Shown here: positions 19,280 through 28,364 of the stretch, piece by piece
How the letters are laid out: each line of letters starts with the position of its first letter
How positions within the stretch are numbered: the first letter of the stretch is position 1
NCBI GenBank assembly: GCA_024398815.1
Contig: JAKSIL010000001.1
Location: 23,238 to 87,237 of the forward strand
From: Fibrobacter sp.
Lineage (GTDB): Bacteria > Fibrobacterota > Fibrobacteria > Fibrobacterales > Fibrobacteraceae
DNA length: 64,000 nt
Direction: 5' to 3'
Made by a program: the position numbers and the translations under genes
Notes under the pieces: generated by a model
Told to the model about the DNA's origin: nothing
The model's input: the letters and a program-made list of their open reading frames with translations, nothing else
Database searches by the model: none

Positions 19280-21580
19280 ATGATGTACAAGTTTTTATTA
19301 TCCCTGCTTTTGGTTGCTTCTGCAGCCTCGGCCACTTCCGAGCTTGAACTGAACAAGCAGATCAAGGCCAAAGACGATTCCTTGAATGCTAAGCGCGGCC
19401 TTGAAATTGGCGGTAGCGTCAAGGGAATCCTGGTGAATTCCTACATGTCTTCCGACCAGGAAGATGGCGCCTTGAACAAGATGCCGAACGTGGAACGTTC
19501 GCAGTTCGTTACGGCAGATTTGGATTTCCACTTCCGCCCCTACGACGCCCTCCGCTTCAACATGTTGCTTCGTCTTGAAGCCGGCATGCAGAACTACTTC
19601 GCTTCTTCGGCGAAGAGCATTTCTGCGGCATGGCTCAATGTCGAAGGAAACGTGAACAAGGACTTCTACTGGGTGGTGGGTGATTTCCGCCAGCAGTACA
19701 GCCCTCTTACGCTTTTTGCCCCGACGGGTATCGATGATATCTTGTACGAACCGCTGATTTTCGCCCGCGCCCGTGAAATGGCCAAGAGCGACGCCCTTAT
19801 CGAAGGCAACCAGCGCAATCTTCAGGGTGTGAACCTGCAGTTCCGTCATGACTTTGGCGGTGCCGCCGGCGAACTTCGCGCTGAAGGTATTTTCGCTCGT
19901 CTCCGCCGCGTGCAAGTGCTCGACTTCTCGGGCGCCAACGGCAACTTGCTCCCGAACGGCGGCAACGCCGTCGTCAACAAAGGCTCCGTTTACGAAGGCT
20001 CCTACCAGTCAGCCAATATGGATAAGTGGCTGTTGAGCGCGAACCTCGAATACCTTCCCATGAACAAGAATGTGTTTGTCGGATTCACGGGCATGTACGT
20101 GTTTGATGACAGCACCTCGTTCAGGTACACCTATCGCACTAATAAAGAGGAAGTCATTGTCGACGGCCAGTTGAGCTACACTGACAACGGCGAACTCATC
20201 GACAAGGTTTCGAACCCGACGGCCTTTGACGACAACGGCGATTACCAGCTGAGCGTCATCAACCCGCTTGAAACCGATGCCCAGCGCACCACGATCCTTG
20301 CCGGTCGTGTCGGTGCCGATGTGGCTGGCTTCATGGGCAACAAGGACCTCACCTTGGATGTGATGGGCGAATTCGCCATGAGCAACGACAAACTTTACGA
20401 GGTGGTTCCGGTCTTGGATGCCGAAGGCAATCCGACTGGCTTCGATACCAAGCAGGTCGACAACGACGGTATGGGCATCATTGCCACGTTGAACGCCGGC
20501 TACAAGCTCCCCATGGGTCTTACCCTCGACCTTTCTGCCAACTACCTTATGAACGACAGCGCTTGGTTCAACAACCTCGCCCAGTCGCCGCAGTTCTTCG
20601 CCCAGCGTATCTTGAACACCGATAAGGATGGCAATGTGGTTCGCTATGGTGTGAACGCTCCGCTTTATTCCACCTTTGGTGCCCTCTACTTCTTCGACCC
20701 GAAGTTCACTCCGGTCTCTACGCAGCTTGCGACGACCGATGACCCGACGGTCAAGGGCCAGACCAACAGCTACAATATCGCTCCGTACAACAAGAACTCC
20801 TGGGGTACTCAGACTTATACCCGCAAGGAACTTGCCTTGATGAACGCCATGGCCGACAACGCCGTGCAGATGGCTCTCCCGAACGGTCTTGCCACCGCCA
20901 ACAGAAACGGCGCCATGGTGAACTTCAGAGCCGCCTACAATGACTTTGCCGAGATGTCCGCCATCTTCAACATGCTCAAGCAAGACAAGAGCCAGAGCCC
21001 CTTGTTCAAGGAAGCTGAATTCATGGAATACGGTGCCGGCCTCAAGTGGGACATCTTCAAGATGCTCGGCTTCTCGCTCCCGCTCGAAATCTCCGGTAGC
21101 TATAAGCACTCCCTCAAGACTCAGGAACTTACCGACGAAACGAAGGCTGCTGTTCCGGGTGCCGAAAAGGGCGAACTTAAGATGGACTTCATCAACGCTG
21201 GTCTCTATGTGCAGTACCTGCCCCGCCTGGGCGTGAGCGCTGGTTTCCAGATGATCAACATGGAATACGACAACGTTTCTTCTGCAACATACGCTCGTCC
21301 GGCTCCGGGTTATGAAACCCCGCTCATGAAGGGCAATCAAATGCAGTGGATGGTCGGTCTCGACTACACCATCGAAAAGAACGTTTACCTGGCTCTGAAC
21401 TACGGTATCATCACGGTTGAAAACACCTACAATACCAGTGCAGGAGTCGGTCAGAACATGCCCAACTACATCGATGCCACCGTCAAGGACGAGACTGGCG
21501 CTGTTACGGGTACCGTTCCGGAATTCAAGCATAAATTCTCCCAGGCTGTTGTCGAAGCAGTCTTGAATGTGAATTTCTAA
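19280..21580 (+). CDS. Predicted outer-membrane beta-barrel protein B
   Basis: Signal peptide; terminal EAVLNVNF; motifs YSPLTLF, QRNLQGVN, LPNGLATANRNG. Confidence 0.7.
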   Translation: MMYKFLLSLLLVASAASATSELELNKQIKAKDDSLNAKRGLEIGGSVKGILVNSYMSSDQEDGALNKMPNVERSQFVTADLDFHFRPYDALRFNMLLRLEAGMQNYFASSAKSISAAWLNVEGNVNKDFYWVVGDFRQQYSPLTLFAPTGIDDILYEPLIFARAREMAKSDALIEGNQRNLQGVNLQFRHDFGGAAGELRAEGIFARLRRVQVLDFSGANGNLLPNGGNAVVNKGSVYEGSYQSANMDKWLLSANLEYLPMNKNVFVGFTGMYVFDDSTSFRYTYRTNKEEVIVDGQLSYTDNGELIDKVSNPTAFDDNGDYQLSVINPLETDAQRTTILAGRVGADVAGFMGNKDLTLDVMGEFAMSNDKLYEVVPVLDAEGNPTGFDTKQVDNDGMGIIATLNAGYKLPMGLTLDLSANYLMNDSAWFNNLAQSPQFFAQRILNTDKDGNVVRYGVNAPLYSTFGALYFFDPKFTPVSTQLATTDDPTVKGQTNSYNIAPYNKNSWGTQTYTRKELALMNAMADNAVQMALPNGLATANRNGAMVNFRAAYNDFAEMSAIFNMLKQDKSQSPLFKEAEFMEYGAGLKWDIFKMLGFSLPLEISGSYKHSLKTQELTDETKAAVPGAEKGELKMDFINAGLYVQYLPRLGVSAGFQMINMEYDNVSSATYARPAPGYETPLMKGNQMQWMVGLDYTIEKNVYLALNYGIITVENTYNTSAGVGQNMPNYIDATVKDETGAVTGTVPEFKHKFSQAVVEAVLNVNF

Positions 21581-21592
21581 GGGAGGCGCAAG

Positions 21593-23749
21593 ATGAAATT
21601 GAATAAGGATATGTTTAAGATGACTTCCAGAATCTCGCTTCTCCTTTGTGGAGCCGTGGCGTTCGCTTCTGCCCAGGATTCTTCCCTGGTAAATCAGCAG
21701 AAGAGCCTTCTCGGCACGCTAGATTCCCTCAATTCTTCGGTCATGGGACTTCGCCTGGGCGGTACCGCCAAGGCTGGCGTGGTTTCGTCGGCCATGAGTT
21801 CCGATCAGCTGGTCAACGGTGATGACTACCGCGAAAACGAAGCCTTTACTGATGTGAACCTGGTTGTTACCGCTCGCCCCAGTGAAGAAACCGAGGCCCG
21901 CGTTGAACTCCGCGTTCATAAGGATTGGCAGAATGCTTACGAAGAATCCGTGAACCCGGTCATTGGCCACTGGTTCAGCTATGACGGAAAAATCGTGAAC
22001 AAGCATGTGGACTTCAACTTGGGCTACATGCGCATCGGTTATACTCCGCTCACCATTTACGTTCCGCAGACGGAAATTCTCCAGGAACCGGAAATATTCG
22101 CAAGCAAGCGCATTGAATCCCTTGCCCTCCGCAATCTCGACACGACTTCGAATCGCGTGATGCAGGGTTTGAACGCTCGCTACAATAGCTTCGAAGTCGG
22201 TCCGTTCTCGAACATCTACGCACAGATGACGGGTGCTCGTCTTCGTAACATCGCAAAGAAGAACGACGAAGTGTTCTTCGACTTCGACTGGAGCGATCGC
22301 TACCTGTTCGGTGCGAATGCCGGTGTCGAAGCCTTTGGCGCCACTCTCGGCGGAAACTTCGTTTACACCTTCGACCGCGAAAAGAGCACGCGCTCTAGGG
22401 ACGACTCCCATATCGGTTCTGTCTACTATGAAGACAACATGATTTATTCTGGCGTGGCAAGCTACGATACGAAGGATCTCATCATGAACGGCTCCATCCA
22501 TGCAGGACTCGGTGCTGAATTCGCCGGATCCAAGTGGACCTACACTCAGGACGCCTACGAACAGGATACTGTCGGGACGCTCTCTGTCGGTGGCTATGGC
22601 TATCCCAAGTTCGACGAAAACGGTTTCGCTCTCGACGACGCCGGTGCAACTGATTATGACACCTTGTTCTATGTGTATCGCTCCACTACGGGTGAATACA
22701 GCTGGAACAAGACTGAGCTGGACGAACTCAAGGGCATCGCCCTTCATGTGGATCCCTATGTCAAGGGTGAAATCGGAAGCATCGCATTCGATGTCAAGGG
22801 AACGTTCGTCAAGAACGACGAAAAGTTCTGGTCTGAACAGGCCGCCTCCAACTACTATGTCGGCGGCAGCTCTATCCTGAATGCGGAAGCCCTCATTACG
22901 GGTGCTAACGAATCGGTGGTGGAACGCTTCCGTTCGGGAACCCTCGAAAACATGTACTTCTCCATCTACAACACCAACGTGTTGCAGCAGCAGAACTTGA
23001 TGAGCAAGAACGAAGGTTCTCCGATTCTTGTCGAAGGCCTCGAAGAATCTTACTACACCTTCGGTCGCTTGAACAACAACTACAAGCTCGGCCACTTCTA
23101 CAAGAATGGTTACGAAGCCGTGGCTAGCAAGCGCATGGAATATGCAAACCAGGCCCTGTTCGCCGACCCGTCGGTGAACCTCGCCATGCCCATGGGTCTT
23201 GCGACTCCCGACCGCATGGGTTTTGCCGCCGATGCCGACTTCGCCTGGAACAGCGCCGTTTCTGTGAACGTCCGCTTCTCCAAGTACAGCCAGGATGCCG
23301 TGGATAACGACTATACGACTCTCGGTGCAGGCGCTGGCGTTGACGTCGCCCCGTTCCTCGGTCTCGACCGTCGCCTTATCGTGCAGGGCTCCTACGAAAA
23401 TTCCGAAGAAAGCGAAGGCATGAAGCGCAAGGCCAATCGCATCGTGGCTGGCCTTACCGCCGACGTTTGGGGCCCCTTCACCGTCCTTGGCGGCGTGCAG
23501 ATGCTCACCAAGGAATATGGCATTGGCTTCGGCTTCGAAAACGGTGCCGTTGTGAACAAGGTCGAAGAAATGCTCGCCATGGGCGGCCTGCAGATCAAGC
23601 TTGGCGCCGGCGCAGTATTCGACTTCGAAGGCGGTCTTATGTCTAACACGGTCAAGTACACCATGCCCAACGCCGAAGGTGTTGCCGAAGCGAAGGAACT
23701 TGGCATCGACAAGTTGCTCCTGATGGGTAACGTAAAGATTTTGTTCTAG
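21593..23749 (+). CDS. Predicted outer-membrane beta-barrel protein C
   Basis: Signal peptide; terminal MGNVKILF; motifs YTPLTIY, NRVMQGLN, MPMGLATPDRMG. Confidence 0.7.
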   Translation: MKLNKDMFKMTSRISLLLCGAVAFASAQDSSLVNQQKSLLGTLDSLNSSVMGLRLGGTAKAGVVSSAMSSDQLVNGDDYRENEAFTDVNLVVTARPSEETEARVELRVHKDWQNAYEESVNPVIGHWFSYDGKIVNKHVDFNLGYMRIGYTPLTIYVPQTEILQEPEIFASKRIESLALRNLDTTSNRVMQGLNARYNSFEVGPFSNIYAQMTGARLRNIAKKNDEVFFDFDWSDRYLFGANAGVEAFGATLGGNFVYTFDREKSTRSRDDSHIGSVYYEDNMIYSGVASYDTKDLIMNGSIHAGLGAEFAGSKWTYTQDAYEQDTVGTLSVGGYGYPKFDENGFALDDAGATDYDTLFYVYRSTTGEYSWNKTELDELKGIALHVDPYVKGEIGSIAFDVKGTFVKNDEKFWSEQAASNYYVGGSSILNAEALITGANESVVERFRSGTLENMYFSIYNTNVLQQQNLMSKNEGSPILVEGLEESYYTFGRLNNNYKLGHFYKNGYEAVASKRMEYANQALFADPSVNLAMPMGLATPDRMGFAADADFAWNSAVSVNVRFSKYSQDAVDNDYTTLGAGAGVDVAPFLGLDRRLIVQGSYENSEESEGMKRKANRIVAGLTADVWGPFTVLGGVQMLTKEYGIGFGFENGAVVNKVEEMLAMGGLQIKLGAGAVFDFEGGLMSNTVKYTMPNAEGVAEAKELGIDKLLLMGNVKILF

Positions 23750-23752
23750 GAG

Positions 23753-24823
23753 ATGGCTATGAATAAGAAATTTAAGTACGCTTTGGGTTTTGCCGTCGCA
23801 GCAGCGCTTGTCGCTTGCGGTGCCGATAGCATTGACGCCCCCGATTCCGAAAACTGGCCTTCCGATTTCTCCACGTCCGAATACGCGCGAGTCAATCCCG
23901 ATTTGGCTATCTACCAGTGCATCACCGCCGTGTCCGATGCGAACACCGCCTACTTGGACAGCGCTCGCGAAGTTCTCAAGAACGAACTCATGTCGGCGGG
24001 TCTCGATGAAAAGGCCGCTACGGATTCTTCCAAGAAGTTGAAGAGGTCCTTTAGCGACGAGGCTGAACTGGCAACGTTCTTCTCTGATAGCGAGGAAGCC
24101 GTAAAGACCCTCTTTACCGACTATGCCAACATCAATGCCGACTACTGGCCCGGTATCGACGCCATGAAGAACGGCATGACCGATGCCGAAGGCAACATCA
24201 ACATCGACGGCCAGCGTGCCATGGAATACCGCACTGCCTTCGAAAAGTTCCACCGTTACGGAAATACTGCCGCTCAGGACTTGGCCTTCTTGCAGTCCAT
24301 CAAGATTGACTCGAGCCTTATCCGCATGCAGTATATCATGGCGGGCAAGTACGAAGGTCGCGCCTACCGCTCCTGCAGGGAAGGCGAAGCCGTCACCAAG
24401 AAGCTCGACATCACCGTGACCTACGATACTCTCAAGAACGCCGACACGGTCTATGTTTACGATACTGTCATGGTGAGCGACACCGCCAAGGCGAGCATCA
24501 AGTATGTCATTTCGTACACGGATTCGACAGGTGCCGAAGCCTTGGATACGCTTTTGCTGCAGGCTCTCGAACAGCACAAGAGTGAGGATTCCACGATTGT
24601 CGTGACGGACACTCTTTACGACGACGCCATCACTACGAAGCCGACGCCTGTTAAGGTTGATTCCACCATCAGCGACAAAATCAAGAAGACCACGGTTACG
24701 CAGCCTACCAGCTCCCGTATCATCGTGCCGAAGGGCAGCCTTGGTCGCGTTTGGGATTTCTCCAACGATTACTACTGCTTGAACGAAGCCGACGGTGTTG
24801 TTTACTTAATCGGGAATCCGTAA
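23753..24823 (+). CDS. Hypothetical lipoprotein
   Basis: Lipobox LVAC; starts 3 bp after the upstream stop. Confidence 0.75.
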   Translation: MAMNKKFKYALGFAVAAALVACGADSIDAPDSENWPSDFSTSEYARVNPDLAIYQCITAVSDANTAYLDSAREVLKNELMSAGLDEKAATDSSKKLKRSFSDEAELATFFSDSEEAVKTLFTDYANINADYWPGIDAMKNGMTDAEGNINIDGQRAMEYRTAFEKFHRYGNTAAQDLAFLQSIKIDSSLIRMQYIMAGKYEGRAYRSCREGEAVTKKLDITVTYDTLKNADTVYVYDTVMVSDTAKASIKYVISYTDSTGAEALDTLLLQALEQHKSEDSTIVVTDTLYDDAITTKPTPVKVDSTISDKIKKTTVTQPTSSRIIVPKGSLGRVWDFSNDYYCLNEADGVVYLIGNP

Positions 24824-24832
24824 GAGGGTTAT

Positions 24833-25876
24833 ATGAAAAAGATCTTTTTAACCGCTATTGCTTTACTTGCTGCAGTTTCCTTTGCAGCTCCCTTCAAGGT
24901 CGTGGGCTACTTCCCCTACTGGGCCCAGTATAGCCAGTTCGCCCCGAAGGACATCCGCTACGATTTCGTAACGCACATCCATTATGCTAACCTCGTTCCC
25001 GGCGAAGACGGCAGCATCAACTATGCCGACGAAAACGACGCCCCGAACTTCGAGGAATTGGCCAAGCTTTCTGCCGAACACAACGTGGCCCTGCTCGCTG
25101 TGATTGGCGGTTTCGAAGCTGAAGCCACTCTCAAGGGTATCGCTACCGATGATTCCAAGCTGAGCGCCTTCTGCGACGCCGCCTCGGAATGGGTCGAAAA
25201 GTACAACCTCGGCGGTGTGGAACTGGATTGGCAGAACGCCACTTCCGAAGATGCCGCCGATATCGGCAAGATGGTCTCCGCTCTCAAGTCCAAGCTCTCG
25301 GGCAAGGAAGTGTCGGTGACTGCCTATGCCGCTACCGCCGATGCCTACGAGTCTATTGGCGATGCAGACTATGTAACTGTTTCCGTGGGCGACCAGATGG
25401 ACGAATCCTCTTCCGAAGTCAAGCCCAACCTTTCCAAGCAGGCTGTCGAAAGTGCTGTGCAGGCTGTCACCGGCAAGGGCGTCTCCTCCGACAAGGTCGT
25501 GCCCGTGGTGACGCTTTACGGAAAGACTTTCGCAGGCGCTACTGGCCTCGGCTCTTCCCACCAGGGTATCGGCAGCGGAAACGAAGGCTACCTTTCTTAC
25601 AAGGAACTCATGTCCAAGTTCGAAACCCCCGACTACAAGGTGAGCTTCGACGAAGAAAGCGCTTCCGAAGTTGCCGTGAGCAGCTCCGAGACCGTCGTTT
25701 TCTCTGGAATTCCCTCCATGAAGGTCATGAGCAACATGGTCAAGGACAATGGCTGGGCCGGAATGGCCGTTTACGATTTGAGTCAGGACCACAACGAACC
25801 CATCGTTTCCTTGATGGTGACTATCGGTTTGGTGCTCCGTCCCGACGTAAATTATGCCGCAAAAAAGAAAAAATAG
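24833..25876 (+). CDS. GH18 (chitinase-fold) protein with degenerate catalytic motif
   Basis: KVVGYFPYW, THIHYA, VIGG, LYGKTF, LSYKEL; DxxDxDxE appears as LGGVELDWQ; basic tail AAKKKK. Confidence 0.85.
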   Translation: MKKIFLTAIALLAAVSFAAPFKVVGYFPYWAQYSQFAPKDIRYDFVTHIHYANLVPGEDGSINYADENDAPNFEELAKLSAEHNVALLAVIGGFEAEATLKGIATDDSKLSAFCDAASEWVEKYNLGGVELDWQNATSEDAADIGKMVSALKSKLSGKEVSVTAYAATADAYESIGDADYVTVSVGDQMDESSSEVKPNLSKQAVESAVQAVTGKGVSSDKVVPVVTLYGKTFAGATGLGSSHQGIGSGNEGYLSYKELMSKFETPDYKVSFDEESASEVAVSSSETVVFSGIPSMKVMSNMVKDNGWAGMAVYDLSQDHNEPIVSLMVTIGLVLRPDVNYAAKKKK

Positions 25877-25992
25877 TGTAAAATCGCACACATATTTGAA
25901 TTTTTTGCCCTAAAACCCTACGAAACCGACAAAAAGTATTTATATTTTCACTAAACCATTTCCCAATGTTGGGAGATAAAGAGAGAGATACT

Positions 25993-27048
25993 ATGAACAC
26001 AAAAATTAAAATGGCTATGACCATTGCCGCTGCTGCAGCGATGGCCAACGCTCTCTGCGACGGCGCAGGGACCGTGAATACCTCCATCTGGTTCGATGGT
26101 TCCGACCAGCAGGTTAACACTGGTGGAGACGGCATGTACGAATATGGCGTCTGCGAAACCTCCACCATGGGTTACTGGTACGACTACGATGACCGTAAGA
26201 ACGACAACGGTGGTTCTTATGCCCTCTATCCGTTCGACTCCACTGGCTACTATGGCTCTTTCGTTGCTCCGCAGATTGAAAACCTCGGCTACGTCGCCAT
26301 CCAGTACGTCCTCGTCGACCCGACCACTACCGGTCAGACCGCTGAATATCCGTACAACTTCGTTGGCTTCGGCTTCAACACTGTCGGCGGCTCCCAGGAT
26401 CCTCTGGACATCTCCGCTGCCGGTGGTCTCTGCGCTACCTATACCACTGATAACGCTGTGACCCTCGAAGTTGCTGAAACCGTTTCCGGTGACGCTTCTT
26501 GCTCCATCACCCTCGCCAAGGCTTCTTCTCCGACGACAGTCGACAAGGCTATCGACGACTTCAAGCAGCCGACTTGGGTTGGCGCCGCCAATAAGCTCGA
26601 AAGCTGCGCTGCTGCATTCGCTGCTGCCAAGGCTGTGAAGTTCAAACTCGACGGTGGTGCTTCTGACGCTTCCGGTACGCTCCGTATTTTCGAAGTCGGC
26701 CCGAAGGGCACTTGCACTGGCGCTGGCTCTGTAAGCTCTGCCGAACCTGCTTCCTTTGGTTGCAAGTCTGATGGCCAGGGCGGTGCTGACTGCGCTGGCG
26801 GTGGTGGCGTCGGTATCAAGGGCGTCAAGGCTGCTTCTGCTGTCAAGGCTACCCTCTCCGGCCGTACCCTTTCGTTCAGCGGCATCTCCTCTGATGCTTC
26901 TTTCGAAATCGTTAGCCTCCAGGGCCAGGTCGTGAAGAGCGGCAAGATCGCTTCTTCCGTGAGCCTCGCTAGCATCAACGCTGGTGTCTACATGGTTCGC
27001 GTTGCCGGCAAGTCCGTCAACATGGCCCAGAAGATCCTCGTGAAGTAA
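25993..27048 (+). CDS. Secreted CBM11/CIA30-like protein with T9SS-type C-terminal domain, copy 1
   Basis: Signal peptide; GYWYDYDD..GGS, FVGFGFN, DISAAGGLCATY, DFKQPTW; CTD FEIVSLQGQVVKSG..GVYMVRV..QKILVK. Start at ATG 25993. Confidence 0.75.
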   Translation: MNTKIKMAMTIAAAAAMANALCDGAGTVNTSIWFDGSDQQVNTGGDGMYEYGVCETSTMGYWYDYDDRKNDNGGSYALYPFDSTGYYGSFVAPQIENLGYVAIQYVLVDPTTTGQTAEYPYNFVGFGFNTVGGSQDPLDISAAGGLCATYTTDNAVTLEVAETVSGDASCSITLAKASSPTTVDKAIDDFKQPTWVGAANKLESCAAAFAAAKAVKFKLDGGASDASGTLRIFEVGPKGTCTGAGSVSSAEPASFGCKSDGQGGADCAGGGGVGIKGVKAASAVKATLSGRTLSFSGISSDASFEIVSLQGQVVKSGKIASSVSLASINAGVYMVRVAGKSVNMAQKILVK

Positions 27049-28182
27049 TTTTACTCACTAGATTTTGAAAAAAAAGGAGTCCCGTGTACGGGACTCTTTT
27101 TTTTATATATATTAATTTTGTACATCATTGCGCTTCTTTAAAGATTTTGCGATGTTGAAAAACGAAGGGAGTGATATCATGAATACTACAATTAAAACAC
27201 TTATGACCATTGCCGCTGCTGCAGCGATGGCCAACGCTCTCTGCGACGGCGCAGGGACCGTGAATACCTCCATCTGGTTCGATGGTTCCGACCAGCAGGT
27301 TAACACTGGTGGAGACGGCATGTACGAATATGGCGTCTGCGAAACCTCCACCATGGGTTACTGGTACGACTACGATGACCGTAAGAACGACAACGGTGGT
27401 TCTTATGCCCTCTATCCGTTCGACTCCACTGGCTACTATGGCTCTTTCGTTGCTCCGCAGATTGAAAACCTCGGCTACGTCGCCATCCAGTACGTCCTCG
27501 TCGACCCGACCACTACCGGTCAGACCGCTGAATATCCGTACAACTTCGTTGGCTTCGGCTTCAACACTGTCGGCGGCTCCCAGGATCCTCTGGACATCTC
27601 CGCTGCCGGTGGTCTCTGCGCTACCTATACCACTGATAACGCTGTGACCCTCGAAGTTGCTGAAACCGTTTCCGGTGACGCTTCTTGCTCCATCACCCTC
27701 GCCAAGGCTTCTTCTCCGACGACAGTCGACAAGGCTATCGACGACTTCAAGCAGCCGACTTGGGTTGGCGCCGCCAATAAGCTCGAAAGCTGCGCTGCTG
27801 CATTCGCTGCTGCCAAGGCTGTGAAGTTCAAACTCGACGGTGGTGCTTCTGACGCTTCCGGTACGCTCCGTATTTTCGAAGTCGGCCCGAAGGGCACTTG
27901 CACTGGCGCTGGCTCTGTAAGCTCTGCCGAACCTGCTTCCTTTGGTTGCAAGTCTGATGGCCAGGGCGGTGCTGACTGCGCTGGCGGTGGTGGCGTCGGT
28001 ATCAAGGGCGTCAAGGCTGCTTCTGCTGTCAAGGCTACCCTCTCCGGCCGTACCCTTTCGTTCAGCGGCATCTCCTCTGATGCTTCTTTCGAAATCGTTA
28101 GCCTCCAGGGCCAGGTCGTGAAGAGCGGCAAGATCGCTTCTTCCGTGAGCCTCGCTAGCATCAACGCTGGTGTCTACATGGT
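26016..28182 (+). repeat. About 980-bp apparently identical direct repeat (about 26016-26996 and 27202-28182)
   Basis: Copies 1 and 2 match at offset 1186; the shadow ORFs in the track are also identical. Confidence 0.9.
27068..27104 (+). terminator. Intrinsic terminator
   Basis: A-tract GAGTCCCGT-GT-ACGGGACTC T8. Confidence 0.85.
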
Positions 28183-28234
28183 CCGCGTTGTGGGCAGGTC
28201 CGTCAACATGGCCCAGAAGATCCTCGTGAAGTAA
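27179..28234 (+). CDS. Secreted CBM11/CIA30-like protein with T9SS-type C-terminal domain, copy 2
   Basis: Near-identical to copy 1; start at ATG 27179 after GGGAG. Confidence 0.75.
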   Translation: MNTTIKTLMTIAAAAAMANALCDGAGTVNTSIWFDGSDQQVNTGGDGMYEYGVCETSTMGYWYDYDDRKNDNGGSYALYPFDSTGYYGSFVAPQIENLGYVAIQYVLVDPTTTGQTAEYPYNFVGFGFNTVGGSQDPLDISAAGGLCATYTTDNAVTLEVAETVSGDASCSITLAKASSPTTVDKAIDDFKQPTWVGAANKLESCAAAFAAAKAVKFKLDGGASDASGTLRIFEVGPKGTCTGAGSVSSAEPASFGCKSDGQGGADCAGGGGVGIKGVKAASAVKATLSGRTLSFSGISSDASFEIVSLQGQVVKSGKIASSVSLASINAGVYMVRVVGRSVNMAQKILVK

Positions 28235-28255
28235 TTTGATTTAGAATATTTTCAC

Positions 28256-28290
28256 AAAAAAGAGTTCCGCATGTCGGAACTCTTTTTTTT
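28256..28290 (+). terminator. Intrinsic terminator
   Basis: A-tract GAGTTCCG-CATGT-CGGAACTC T8. Confidence 0.85.
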
Positions 28291-28364
28291 ATTTATATAT
28301 ATTATTGTGTACAACATTGTGCCTGGTGTTTTTTTGCGATGTTGGTATTTAAGGAGGAAATGTT

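Noticed and set aside
16631-24577. Very long antisense ORFs (865, 507 and 952 aa; likewise 31268-32728, 33292-35193, 40923-42170, 61500-63080)
   Set aside because: They mirror strongly codon-biased sense genes and have no recognisable motifs; shadow ORFs.
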